A stretch of 64,000 bases of DNA from Desulfatiglandales bacterium (GTDB taxonomy: Bacteria; Desulfobacterota; DSM-4660; Desulfatiglandales; Desulfatiglandaceae): the NCBI GenBank assembly GCA_963666345.1, contig OY762721.1:1664001-1728000 (forward strand). Reading direction: 5' to 3'. A model generated the notes under the pieces. That model had not been told where the DNA came from, made no database searches, and was given only the letters and a program-made list of their open reading frames with translations. The stretch's first letter is position 1, and each line of letters starts with the position of its first letter. A program made the translations under genes and the position numbers. Below, in pieces: positions 8,874 through 19,641 of this stretch.

Positions 8874-10712
8874 CTAGCCTGATTTATCCGGCTTGCCTAA
8901 ATAGACCTGTATGACCTTTTTTGCAAGAGGGGCTGCGGCACTGCCCCCGTGGCCCCCGTGCTCGACTACAACCGCGACCGCGATCCTGGGTGATTCAAAA
9001 GGAGCGATTGCGACAAACCACCCATGATCTCTGAACCGACTCGGGATTTCTCCCTTCTCGCCAAGTATCTTTTCCTTTTCCAGGGTAACTACCTGTGCCG
9101 TTCCGGTCTTTCCGGCAACCGTTATACCATCTATCCTTGCCTTTCCGCCTGTTCCATGAGGTTCATTTACAACCCCGGCCAGGGCCTTTTTTACAATCTC
9201 CAGGTTCGCTTTCGAAACCCCCACCTTGCCTCTTACCTCAGGAGAAAACTCATAAATCTTGTGCCCTTCATCCTTTCCCGCCCAAAGGGTTACCTGCGGT
9301 CTGTAGAGAACCCCGCCGTTGAAAACGGCGGAAATCATTGAGGCCATCTGGATCGGCGTGACAAGCAGGAAGCTCTGTCCGATTGAAAGAGACACGGTCT
9401 CTCCGCCCTGCCACGGCACACCCATCCTCTTTAATTTCCACTCACTCGTCGGTACAAGCCCGCCCTTTTCATGTGCGGGATCAAACCCCGTAGGTCTTCC
9501 AAGCCCGAAGTCTTTTGCATAACGGGCAAGCCGGTCCACGCCCAATCTCATCCCCAGTCTGTAAAAATACACATCACACGATTCAACGATGGCCTTATGC
9601 AGCTTTACCTTGCCATGTCCATATTTCTTCCAGCAATGGTATTTCCCCCTGCCCAGGCTGAAGTTCCCATTGCAGAACAACTCCTCTTCAGGATCTATAA
9701 CCCCCTCTTCAAGTCCTGCAAGGGCGACGACGATCTTAAAGATAGACCCGGGCGGATACTGACCTGTAAGGCCCCTGTTGTGAAGAGGAAAATCTTTTGA
9801 GGAAACTATTTTTTGCCATTCCTCTCTGTCGATTCCACCTATGAAGATGTTGGGATCAAAGGATGGGCTGCTGGCAAGGGCCAGGATTTGGCCGTTGGCC
9901 GGATCAATCGCCACCAACGCTCCCTTGAGTCCCGAAAGCGCCTCTTCTGCGGTCTGCTGTAACTCCCTGTCTATTGTAAGGCATATATTCATGCCTGCGA
10001 CAGCCGCTTTCCTCGATATTACACCTATTGTGCGGCCGGACGCATCCACTTCCACCTGTTCCCCTCCGCGCGTCCCGCTCAGCTGCTTCTGCCACTTAAG
10101 CTCGGTTCCTGCTTTTCCTACCAGATCTCCGCTCTTGCTTCCGCTATACCTTCTGCTTCTGAGCTGCGTCTCGCTTATTTCACCCAAATACCCAAGCAGA
10201 TGCGCACCCAGCCTCCCGTAGGAATAATGTCTTCTCGGTTTTACCCGTATCACTACCCCGGGCAGATTGAACCGGTGGGTCTCTATAGAGGCCAGTTCGT
10301 TTCTGTCGATATCCATTCCCAGGCAAACGGCCTTGAAAGGATAGCTCCTTGAAGCCTTTTCCATTCTTTTAGCCGCTTTTTCGTAATCGATGGAAACATG
10401 CCTCCTGAGACTGTCAAAAAGGCCGTCAATGTCATCGACATCCTCAGGGATCGCGTATAAATCAAAGGATGGGCGGTTTTTGACAAGCGTATCGCCGTTT
10501 CGGTCAAGGATAAGACCCCTGAAAGGAGGCAGATCCTGCAAACGAATCCTGTTGTCTTCAGATTTATTTCTGTAATGGGACCCGTTCAGTACCTGAAGGA
10601 ACCAGAGTCTCATAATCAGAAAGGCAAAAAGGATTATGACAAAGATGGTAACCCTTTTTAGCTGTTTATTAAATATCTCGACTAATTGCGGATCAAAATT
10701 TGATTTCTTCAA
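8874..10712 (-). CDS. mrdA: Penicillin-binding protein 2
   Basis: N-terminal TM, PGSIFK (SxxK), SCD (SxN-like) and KTGTAQ motifs; mre operon context. Confidence 0.95.
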   Translation of the reverse strand: MKKSNFDPQLVEIFNKQLKRVTIFVIILFAFLIMRLWFLQVLNGSHYRNKSEDNRIRLQDLPPFRGLILDRNGDTLVKNRPSFDLYAIPEDVDDIDGLFDSLRRHVSIDYEKAAKRMEKASRSYPFKAVCLGMDIDRNELASIETHRFNLPGVVIRVKPRRHYSYGRLGAHLLGYLGEISETQLRSRRYSGSKSGDLVGKAGTELKWQKQLSGTRGGEQVEVDASGRTIGVISRKAAVAGMNICLTIDRELQQTAEEALSGLKGALVAIDPANGQILALASSPSFDPNIFIGGIDREEWQKIVSSKDFPLHNRGLTGQYPPGSIFKIVVALAGLEEGVIDPEEELFCNGNFSLGRGKYHCWKKYGHGKVKLHKAIVESCDVYFYRLGMRLGVDRLARYAKDFGLGRPTGFDPAHEKGGLVPTSEWKLKRMGVPWQGGETVSLSIGQSFLLVTPIQMASMISAVFNGGVLYRPQVTLWAGKDEGHKIYEFSPEVRGKVGVSKANLEIVKKALAGVVNEPHGTGGKARIDGITVAGKTGTAQVVTLEKEKILGEKGEIPSRFRDHGWFVAIAPFESPRIAVAVVVEHGGHGGSAAAPLAKKVIQVYLGKPDKSG

Positions 10713-11022
10713 AAAAAATCCTCTTATAAAAAACCGGCCTGATACGGCAGTGGTTTAGACTATCTTGGGCATGATGGTTGATCATCCGGATTTTACAATT
10801 CAGCACAGCATAAGTAAACAATCATGGCTAAGGAGCGAAATGTTCTCAAAAAACAAAAAGGCCGGGCTTCAGGATGCCTGAAGTGGACCAAGGAGGCTGC
10901 AATGCCTGATTCAAGAAGATACTCCTGCTTCTAAAAAAGATGGAGCGATTCCACAATTTCAGGGGATAAAAGCAGCCAAGGGGAATAAAACCGTAAGAAT
11001 CGGGGGATTGGCTTAATTTAAT

Positions 11023-11526
11023 TTATGTACCGTTTCTGTTTCCCAGCGGACCTTCAAATGCCTGTTCAAATATGAAAAATACGGCAGGTGCAATTAGCCC
11101 GCTAAACAGGGCGGATATAACTGAAGCCCAGAGCAATGAAGAAGGGGAAAAAGGGTCGATGGAAAAAAAATAAACAGCCCCAAAAAAGAAAGACCTTTTA
11201 AGCAATACCGCCAGTGTTATTAATATTATCTGGCCCTTGGGGTCACGAAGGTTGAAAAAACGGCACCCCAAAAGAATTCCGGCACAGACAATCATGTAAA
11301 GGAACGCGAAAAGCCCTTTGAAACCTACCGAAAAGACATCGACTATGATTCCCTGACCCAGGGCGAATGCAACGGCGGGGGTCCGGCCGTAGTAAAGGAA
11401 AAGATAGACGATTAGGATGGTCAAAAGGTCCGGGCCGTACGCTCCGCCTCCCAGCAAGTTTTTCAGATCCCCATGGACGAGTGTAAAGACCAGTCCGACA
11501 ATCCATGCCAGCAGATAAAAGGTTAC
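11023..11526 (-). CDS. mreD: Rod shape-determining protein MreD (start codon atypical, see findings)
   Basis: Hydrophobic multi-TM protein between mreC and mrdA with PDLL..LIVY and GIIVDVFS motifs. The frame stays open upstream of the TTG at 11457 to the mreC stop. Confidence 0.85.
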   Translation of the reverse strand, partial: VTFYLLAWIVGLVFTLVHGDLKNLLGGGAYGPDLLTILIVYLFLYYGRTPAVAFALGQGIIVDVFSVGFKGLFAFLYMIVCAGILLGCRFFNLRDPKGQIILITLAVLLKRSFFFGAVYFFSIDPFSPSSLLWASVISALFSGLIAPAVFFIFEQAFEGPLGNRNGT

Positions 11527-12371
11527 TTTCCGGCTGTTTGCTCGCTCGTCGATATTATCTCCTTCAGAACTATTACAACTTCCTCAAGTTTTGAAAAATC
11601 AACTGCAGGCCTTACTTGTATTTCTTTGAAAAGTTTATCAGGCAGGACATTTAAGCTTGAAACACGGCCCACGGGCAACCCTTTGGGATAGACCCCCCCC
11701 AGGCTTGAAGTTATGATGCTGTCTCCCTTGATTACATCGCTTGATTTCACGACGTATTCCATCTTGCAGATCTCTGAAGAACGCCCTTTTACCATGCCCC
11801 TGTCCCTTGAGCGTTCCACAAGACAGTCGACAGAGCTGTTCTGGTCGATGATAAGCAATACCTTGGAATAATTGAGAGACACGGAAACTATCCTCCCCAC
11901 AACACCAGAGGCATTGACCACCGGCATATCGACCTTTACTCCGTCACTTCTGCCCCTGTCGATTATCACCGATTTGAACCAACCTGTCGGATCTCTCCCC
12001 ACGACTTGTGCCGCCAGAACCGGAAGCTCGATTACCTGTCTTACCTTGAGAAGTGCCTGAAGTCTCTCCTGCGCCGCCACGATTTCCTTATACCTCAGGT
12101 TCTGCATCCTCAAGCTGTCTATCGCTTCTTTGAGTAGCCTGTTTTCCTCCCTGACATTTACAAGATAGAAATAATCGTTCCATATCCCTCCGACAAAATT
12201 AACTGCCCGGGTTATAATTTTCTGAATAGGGGCTGTAATCTCTACAAGGGCCTGCTCGAATGGGTTCCAGCTCGACTTACGACCGGCATTGGATGAAAGG
12301 AGAAAAAGGACTAATCCAATAATCAGTAAAAATATCCAGAATTTTCGGAAACCTAAAATTCCTTTTAACAA
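11523..12371 (-). CDS. mreC: Rod shape-determining protein MreC
   Basis: N-terminal TM, coiled coil, IIDRG..DGVKVDMPV, GVVGRI, YPKGLPVG and PAVDF motifs. Confidence 0.95.
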   Translation of the reverse strand: MLKGILGFRKFWIFLLIIGLVLFLLSSNAGRKSSWNPFEQALVEITAPIQKIITRAVNFVGGIWNDYFYLVNVREENRLLKEAIDSLRMQNLRYKEIVAAQERLQALLKVRQVIELPVLAAQVVGRDPTGWFKSVIIDRGRSDGVKVDMPVVNASGVVGRIVSVSLNYSKVLLIIDQNSSVDCLVERSRDRGMVKGRSSEICKMEYVVKSSDVIKGDSIITSSLGGVYPKGLPVGRVSSLNVLPDKLFKEIQVRPAVDFSKLEEVVIVLKEIISTSEQTAGK

Positions 12372-12491
12372 TATTACCTAGCCCCGTTTCTATCATTGAT
12401 TATCCCTTGGGACCGAGACAGCAGGATAAATTGAACAACAGCAAAATGGAAAACAAAAAAAAGACCGTCAACAAACATATCAGACATCTGC

Positions 12492-13556
<1,065 letters not shown>

Positions 13557-13624
13557 CTAATTCGGCTTGTAGTAATAGAGTTTAATAGAAATATATTGCA
13601 ATAAAAATGCAAAATGAATTTGCC

Positions 13625-13654
13625 TTGACAACTACCGGTAACAATGATTATATA
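13625..13654 (+). promoter_or_regulatory. Putative sigma70 promoter of the rpmH operon
   Basis: TTGACA at 13625, 17-18 bp spacer, TTATAT/TATATA, about 40 bp upstream of rpmH. Confidence 0.5.
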
Positions 13655-13693
13655 AAGATTTACACTATCAAAACAGAAGGAAAAATACATCTC

Positions 13694-13828
13694 ATGAAAA
13701 GGACCTATCAACCTAGCAATATCAAGAGAGCACGCACACACGGATTCAGAGTAAGGATGCGAACAAAAGGCGGTATAAATATCATAAAAAGGAGAAGGGC
13801 CAAGGGGCGAAAACGGCTTTCAGTATAA
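13694..13828 (+). CDS. rpmH: 50S ribosomal protein L34
   Basis: [22 protein letters not shown]...[10 protein letters not shown]. Confidence 0.98.
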   Translation: MKRTYQPSNIKRARTHGFRVRMRTKGGINIIKRRRAKGRKRLSV

Positions 13829-13862
13829 CGGCTCTTTAAATCAGCCGATCTCCTTGGGCTTT

Positions 13863-14213
13863 ATGAGACCTTTTTCGTTTCCAAAAAAGGAAAGATTATT
13901 GAACCGGTTGGATTTTGTCAATCTAAATCGGTTAGGGAAGCGCTGTTATACAAAACATTTTATTGTCATTTTCAAGAGGAACGGGCTGGGCATTACGAGA
14001 TTGGGGGTCACGGTCAGCAAAAGGACGGGAAACGCCGTAAAAAGAAACAGGACCAAGAGACTACTCAGGGAATTCTACAGACTCAACAAGACACTTTTCC
14101 CCCAAGGATATGATTTCGTCATAACAGCTAAGAAGGATGCCAGCTATTTGGATTTCCGGAAAACCGAAGAGGAACTCTCAAAAGTCATCTCAAAGAAAGA
14201 GTTCTATGACTAG
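13863..14213 (+). CDS. rnpA: Ribonuclease P protein component
   Basis: FPKKERL, RLGVTVSKR and NAVKRNRTKRLLRE motifs. Confidence 0.95.
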   Translation: MRPFSFPKKERLLNRLDFVNLNRLGKRCYTKHFIVIFKRNGLGITRLGVTVSKRTGNAVKRNRTKRLLREFYRLNKTLFPQGYDFVITAKKDASYLDFRKTEEELSKVISKKEFYD

Positions 14214-14424
14214 GATAAGATATGTCGCTATCGCAATGATAGTCTTATATCAAAAGGCATTATCACCTCTTTGGGCTCCTTCCTGCCGTTTTTATCCAAC
14301 ATGCTCAACCTATGCCCGCCAAGCCATCAGCAAGTATGGGATCTTGAAAGGGGGTTTTCTGACACTGATCAGGATCTCCAAATGCCATCCCTTTCATCCC
14401 GGTGGATTTGATCCTCTTGTTTAG
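14206..14424 (+). CDS. yidD: Membrane protein insertion efficiency factor YidD
   Basis: CRFYPTCS and CHPFHPGGFDP motifs; ATG at 14206 overlaps the rnpA end. Confidence 0.95.
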   Translation: MTRIRYVAIAMIVLYQKALSPLWAPSCRFYPTCSTYARQAISKYGILKGGFLTLIRISKCHPFHPGGFDPLV

Positions 14425-14531
14425 ACAAATATAAAAACCGAACCCAATCCCCCTTTCATACATGAGGCATTGAAAGCCGTTTCGAAACGACTTGGCCTGA
14501 AGACGGGGATATTCACATTACAGGTAGATAT

Positions 14532-16199
14532 ATGGAAAAAAGAACACTTCTAGCCTTTGTACTATCATTTATCGTCTTAGTAACATGGTCATACTTTTAC
14601 ACCCCCAAAGAGGCCCCGGCGCCTGAAGAACCGGCGCAGAAAGAGTCGGTACAGAAAGGGCCTGTGCAATCCGAGGCAGTAACCGAAAGCGATACGCTCG
14701 CTCAAAGCACCCCGGGGGAAATAGTAAAGGAAACCGCAGGCCCCGCACAGCCGCTCAACGAAGAACTGATTGAAATAGACACGCCGCTTTACAGTGCCGT
14801 CTTTTCCAATATCGGGCCCACCATCAGAAGCTTCAAATTGAAGAATTACCGGCAGACTATCGATCCCAACTCACCATTGATTGAACTGGTAAATCTTGGA
14901 GAAGGGCAGGGAGGATTCCTGGAGCTCTCCTTTAAAGGTGCATCCCTTTCTCAACGCAGAAATACTGCATACGAAGTCGAAGGCGCTTCGATGAAACTGG
15001 AAACGGGCGGCATGCCCAGAGAACTGGTATTCAACCATACCAACTCAGACGGCATAATGACAAAACAGACCTTCAGGTTTTATCCTGACACCTATAAAAT
15101 CGACTTTAATGTCGACGTGGTCAACAGGTCTGCAAACATGGTCGAAGGCAAAATTTCAGCCCTTATAAGGGCACGCAACCCTGAAGGCAAAACAGGGTAT
15201 TATTCCTTTAACGGCCTTGTGATCCTTGCCGATAAAAAGCTTGATGAAATAAAAATCAAAAAGACCACGGATGAAAAGGCGGTAGAGGGAAACCTGGAAT
15301 GGATGGCCTATGAAAACGCTTACTTCCTTTCGGCACTGGCTCCTGAATCCCCGTGGAAAGGGATATTCAGGGGAAGGCTTCTGCAATCAGGCAATCTGGT
15401 AGGGACCTATGAACCGCCCGCCCTGAAACTGAATCCCTCGGCTCAGGTCTCAGAAAGCTTCCATCTTTACATGGGGCCACGGGAATTGGATCTCCTGAAG
15501 GGGTTTGGCCAGAATCTGGATAAGGCCGTAAATTTCGGATGGACTAATATCATTGCGAAACCGCTTCTTTATGTGCTTCGTTTCTTTGAAAAATATATTC
15601 ACAACTATGGGCTTGCAATAATCGTCCTAACCATCCTGGTCAAGATGCTTTTCTGGCCGCTCACTCACAAAAGCTACAAGTCCATGGGTGAGATGAAAAA
15701 AATCCAGCCGAGGATAATGGCGATAAGGGAAAAATACAAGCATGACAAACAACAGATGAACAAGGAGATGATGGGCCTCTACAGGACCTATAAGGTCAAT
15801 CCAATGGGAGGATGTCTTCCTATGGTGATCCAGATACCTGTCTTTTTTGCCCTTTTCAGGGTCCTTGGAAGCGCCATCGAGTTGAGACATGCTCCCTTTA
15901 TGTTATGGATAACGGACCTGTCCGCCCCTGACAGATTGTTTCACCTTCCCTTTAAGCTTCCCCTGATGTCCCCGCCCTATGGAATCCCGGTGCTGACCCT
16001 CCTGATGGGGGCATCCATGTTTCTTCAGCAAAAAATGACTCCTTCTCCGGGGGACCCTGCACAGGCCAAGATGATGATGTTTCTGCCTCTCATATTTACA
16101 TTCTTTTTTATCAACTTCCCATCCGGCCTTGTTCTATACTGGTTGGTCAACAACCTCCTTTCCATCGGGCAGCAGTATCGTATTCTTAAGAGAACATAG
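14532..16199 (+). CDS. yidC: Membrane protein insertase YidC
   Basis: N-terminal TM, periplasmic domain, NYGLAII, NPMGGCLP and WITDLSAPD motifs. Confidence 0.97.
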   Translation: MEKRTLLAFVLSFIVLVTWSYFYTPKEAPAPEEPAQKESVQKGPVQSEAVTESDTLAQSTPGEIVKETAGPAQPLNEELIEIDTPLYSAVFSNIGPTIRSFKLKNYRQTIDPNSPLIELVNLGEGQGGFLELSFKGASLSQRRNTAYEVEGASMKLETGGMPRELVFNHTNSDGIMTKQTFRFYPDTYKIDFNVDVVNRSANMVEGKISALIRARNPEGKTGYYSFNGLVILADKKLDEIKIKKTTDEKAVEGNLEWMAYENAYFLSALAPESPWKGIFRGRLLQSGNLVGTYEPPALKLNPSAQVSESFHLYMGPRELDLLKGFGQNLDKAVNFGWTNIIAKPLLYVLRFFEKYIHNYGLAIIVLTILVKMLFWPLTHKSYKSMGEMKKIQPRIMAIREKYKHDKQQMNKEMMGLYRTYKVNPMGGCLPMVIQIPVFFALFRVLGSAIELRHAPFMLWITDLSAPDRLFHLPFKLPLMSPPYGIPVLTLLMGASMFLQQKMTPSPGDPAQAKMMMFLPLIFTFFFINFPSGLVLYWLVNNLLSIGQQYRILKRT

Positions 16200-16215
16200 T
16201 ATTTGGAGGACATAT

Positions 16216-16896
16216 ATGGAAACCTATTCATTCGAAGGTAAAACAACCGAAGAGGCTGTAGAAAATGCCTGCCGAGAACTAAATCTGTCAAGAGACGAAA
16301 TCAACATAGAAATCATCGAACCGGGATCAGCAGGTATTTTCGGGCTTGTCGGCAGCAAAAAGGCAAAGATAAGCGTATCCCCCGCAATTGAATATCCAGA
16401 AGCTGTTGAAGATGAAAAAGGCCTTGAAATAGCAAAAGAGACCCTGGAACGGATACTTGCCCTCATCCCCGTGGAGGACTCAAAAGTAAATGCCGAGCAG
16501 AAGGACGAAACCATAAATCTTGAGATTGATGGTGATAAATCCGGTTTACTGATAGGCCGAAAAGGGCGGACCCTGGATGCCCTCCAGTTTATAGTAAACA
16601 AGATCGTAAACAAAGAAATGGATAAAAGGACTCAGGTAGTTATAGACTCGGAAAACTACCGTCAAAGAAGAAAAGACTACCTGATACAGATGGCCGTCAG
16701 TATGGGAGAAAAGGCCAAAAGGATAAGAAAACCGGTTGCCACAAACCTGCTAAATCCCCACGACCGAAGGATTGTACACCTGGCTCTTAGAGAAGATTCT
16801 CAGCTAGGCACAAAAAGCAGGGGAGAAGGGGTGCTGAAAAAGATAGTGATAATCCCCAAAAAGTCCTGGAACAGTAAAAGCGCTCGGGCTAATTAG
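16216..16896 (+). CDS. jag: RNA-binding protein Jag/EloR (Jag-N, KH, R3H)
   Basis: GKTTEEAV Jag-N, LIGRKGRTLDALQ KH, RRIVH R3H; GGAGG SD before ATG 16216. Confidence 0.93.
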   Translation: METYSFEGKTTEEAVENACRELNLSRDEINIEIIEPGSAGIFGLVGSKKAKISVSPAIEYPEAVEDEKGLEIAKETLERILALIPVEDSKVNAEQKDETINLEIDGDKSGLLIGRKGRTLDALQFIVNKIVNKEMDKRTQVVIDSENYRQRRKDYLIQMAVSMGEKAKRIRKPVATNLLNPHDRRIVHLALREDSQLGTKSRGEGVLKKIVIIPKKSWNSKSARAN

Positions 16897-16917
16897 GGGC
16901 ATCCAGCAGAATTTCCC

Positions 16918-18330
16918 TTGATGCCTGATCAAGCACGGTGCCAGATGCCTGTTGAAAATGATACAATAACCGCCATAGCAACTCCGATCGGCCGGGCGGG
17001 GATCGGCATAATCAGGATAAGCGGCCCCAGGGCGGAAGACATCGTCAAGACCCTTTTCCGGCCTAGCAAGGCCGTTTCAAATCTAAAAAGCCACCATTTA
17101 TACCTGGGGCATCTCCATGATCCTGAAACAGGAGATACCATTGACGAAGTACTTCTTTCCCTGATGAGGTCTCCTGATTCCTATACAAGGGAAGACGTTG
17201 TCGAAATCAATTCTCACAGCGGCTATATGCTCCTGTCAAAGATCCTGGAGACCGTAATCAGGCAGGGGGCAAGGCTTGCGGAGCCGGGAGAGTTCACTTT
17301 CAGAGCCTTTATAAACGGGAGGATAGACCTGACCCAGGCAGAGGCAGTGGTGGACCTGATAAATTCTCAATCCCTCAAAGGGCTCAGCCTCGCCTCGCAG
17401 CAGATCAAAGGAAGCTTCAGAGACTGCCTATACGGACTCAGGGAAGAGACCCTCAAGCTGCTTGCCCAGACAGAGGCGGCAATCGATTTTCCTGAAGAGG
17501 AAAATGAGATATTGTCACGGCAGGTCTCGGCAAGAAAAATTGAAAAAGACATAATAAAACCGATTGACTCTCTGATAAAGGAAGGCTCCAGGAATCGCCT
17601 GTGGGTCGACGGAGTAAAGACAATAATAGTCGGACGCGTAAACGCCGGAAAATCGAGTCTCCTGAACCGCCTTCTGGACGAGCAGAGGGCTATTGTTACC
17701 CCTATTCCCGGTACCACCAGGGATATTGTGGAATCTACAGTAACGATCGAGGGGATACCACTTCGCCTCATGGACTCAGCCGGATTCCGTGACGTAACCG
17801 ATGAAGTTGAAGAGTTAGGCATTGAGTTGACACGGCAAAAACTGGCCGAAGCCGATTTAATTCTTATAGTCATTGACCAAAGTCGCGACATCGAAACCGA
17901 TGATATTGACTTAGTGGCAAAATGCGCTGGGAGGGATGCGCTCATAGTCCTGAACAAGATAGATCTTCCGCCCGGAGCTGACAGGCACAAATTAGAGGAA
18001 AAGATTTCAGGCCTCCCCGTTATCGAAGTATCAGCACTTACGGGCAGTGGCCTTGAAGGTCTCAAAAAGGCCATTTCAAGGTCTATACTTAACGGAGAAA
18101 TCGACATGATATCATCTCATGCCACTTCTAATGCAAGGCATCAACAGGCGCTGAAAGGGGCCGCATCTTATTTCAGACAAGCGGCAGCCAATGCACAAAA
18201 CGAGGCCCCTCTGGAGTTAATGGCCTCAGATCTGAAAAGCGGGCTGGATGCCCTTGGAACAATCACGGGAGAAACCACAACCGAAGACATCCTTGACAGC
18301 ATCTTCAGCCAGTTCTGTCTCGGCAAATAA
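16918..18330 (+). CDS. mnmE: tRNA modification GTPase MnmE
   Basis: DTITAIATP, GRVNAGKSS, GTTRD, DSAG, NKID and C-terminal FCLGK motifs. Exact start uncertain. Confidence 0.97.
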   Translation: MMPDQARCQMPVENDTITAIATPIGRAGIGIIRISGPRAEDIVKTLFRPSKAVSNLKSHHLYLGHLHDPETGDTIDEVLLSLMRSPDSYTREDVVEINSHSGYMLLSKILETVIRQGARLAEPGEFTFRAFINGRIDLTQAEAVVDLINSQSLKGLSLASQQIKGSFRDCLYGLREETLKLLAQTEAAIDFPEEENEILSRQVSARKIEKDIIKPIDSLIKEGSRNRLWVDGVKTIIVGRVNAGKSSLLNRLLDEQRAIVTPIPGTTRDIVESTVTIEGIPLRLMDSAGFRDVTDEVEELGIELTRQKLAEADLILIVIDQSRDIETDDIDLVAKCAGRDALIVLNKIDLPPGADRHKLEEKISGLPVIEVSALTGSGLEGLKKAISRSILNGEIDMISSHATSNARHQQALKGAASYFRQAAANAQNEAPLELMASDLKSGLDALGTITGETTTEDILDSIFSQFCLGK

Positions 18331-18383
18331 CCGCCGCAACCCTTTGCACTCTCAATTTTAAATCACATTATATCTACCGAGCG

Positions 18384-19358
18384 GGACGCACATCGTTACT
18401 CGTTACTGGTTGTTCGAAAAACCGGATACACACCCCTGTCCATTTCAAAACAACCCTGTCTGTCTACGCACAAGCGCAGGCGCAGGGGCTCTTTTTGGAG
18501 ACCTTATCTCACAAAAAATACCACAGGCGCTTGCAGTTGGCCGCAGACTGGGCTTTCTTCCCCGCTACCCTATCAGATAAGGTTACATCTGCAAAAGCCC
18601 GTGGATGCGGCTACTTCTCCGTAAGAAATAGATAAGGCCGGAGAAAAGAGTCCCTGCGCCGGAGCGGCACCCTGCCGGACGCGCATCGTTATTCGTTACT
18701 GGTTATTCGAAAAACCGGATACACACCCCTGTCCATTTCAAAACAACTCTGTCTGTCTACGCACGAGCGCAGGCGTAGGGGCTCTTTTGGGAGACCTTAT
18801 CTCACAAAAAATACCACAGGCGCTTGCAGTTGGCCGCAGACTGGGCTTTCTTCCCCGCTACCCTATCAGATAAGGTTACATCTGCAAAAGCCCGTGGATG
18901 CGGCCACTCCTCCGTAAGAAATAGATAAGGCCGGAGAAAAGAGTCCCTGCGCCGGAGCGGCACCCTGCCGGACGCGCATCGTTATTCGTTACTGGTTATT
19001 CGAAAAACCGGATACACACCCCTGTCCATTTCAAAACAACTCTGTCTGTCTACGCACGAGCGCAGGCGTAGGGGCTCTTTTTGGAGACCTTATCTCACAA
19101 AAAATACCACAGGCGCTTGCAGTTGGCCGCAGACTGGGCTTTCTTCCCCGCTACCCTATCAGATAAGGTTACATCTGCAAAAGCCCGTGGATGCGGCCAC
19201 TCCTCCGTAAGAAATAGATAAGGCCGGAGAAAAGAGTCCCTGCGCCGGAGCGGCAGCCGAATGAACGTGCAGGGTTATTTGTTACTGGTTATACGGAAAA
19301 ACAGGAAACACATCATCCAGCCGGTTATTTAACATCTGTGCCCGCCGGCGCCTGAGCG
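18384..19358 (+). repeat. Tandem array of a 293-bp non-coding structured unit (3 near-identical units plus a diverged partial 4th)
   Basis: Units start GGACG at 18384, 18677 and 18970 (period 293); diverged partial unit from 19263; long internal inverted repeats. Confidence 0.97.
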
Positions 19359-19489
19359 ATCAAAGGCAAGGCAGCCCTTCGCTTCAACTCAGGGTCATGA
19401 GCATGTCGAACGGCGGATGATGCCTTGATGGTGAATAATGAGTTCATTTGGCCATTTGACAAAAAGTACCAACAGGAGTAATAGATTAA

Positions 19490-19580
19490 ACATTGGGGGA
19501 GCCGGTGGATATCGGCTGAGAGGGGGCTTAAAGCCCCGACCCATGGAACCTGATCCGGGTCATGCCGGCGTAGGGAGGAA
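19490..19580 (+). promoter_or_regulatory. TPP (thi-box) riboswitch
   Basis: GGGGAGCC...GGCTGAGAG...GACCC..GAACCTGATCCGGGTCATGCCGGCGTAGGGA matches the TPP aptamer consensus; upstream of a ThiXYZ-like ABC operon. Confidence 0.95.
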
Positions 19581-19641
19581 ATTCCGCTTTTATTGCTTTT
19601 CCATTCCCTCCTCCGGTCTGTTCCCTTCAGGAGGGGGAAAA

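Noticed and set aside
18384..19358. CRISPR array
   Set aside because: Whole 293-bp units are near-identical, there are no unique spacers, and no cas genes are present
19438..19641. 68-aa N-terminal extension of the ABC ATPase
   Set aside because: It spans the promoter and TPP riboswitch; the real start is ATG 19642 with an SD
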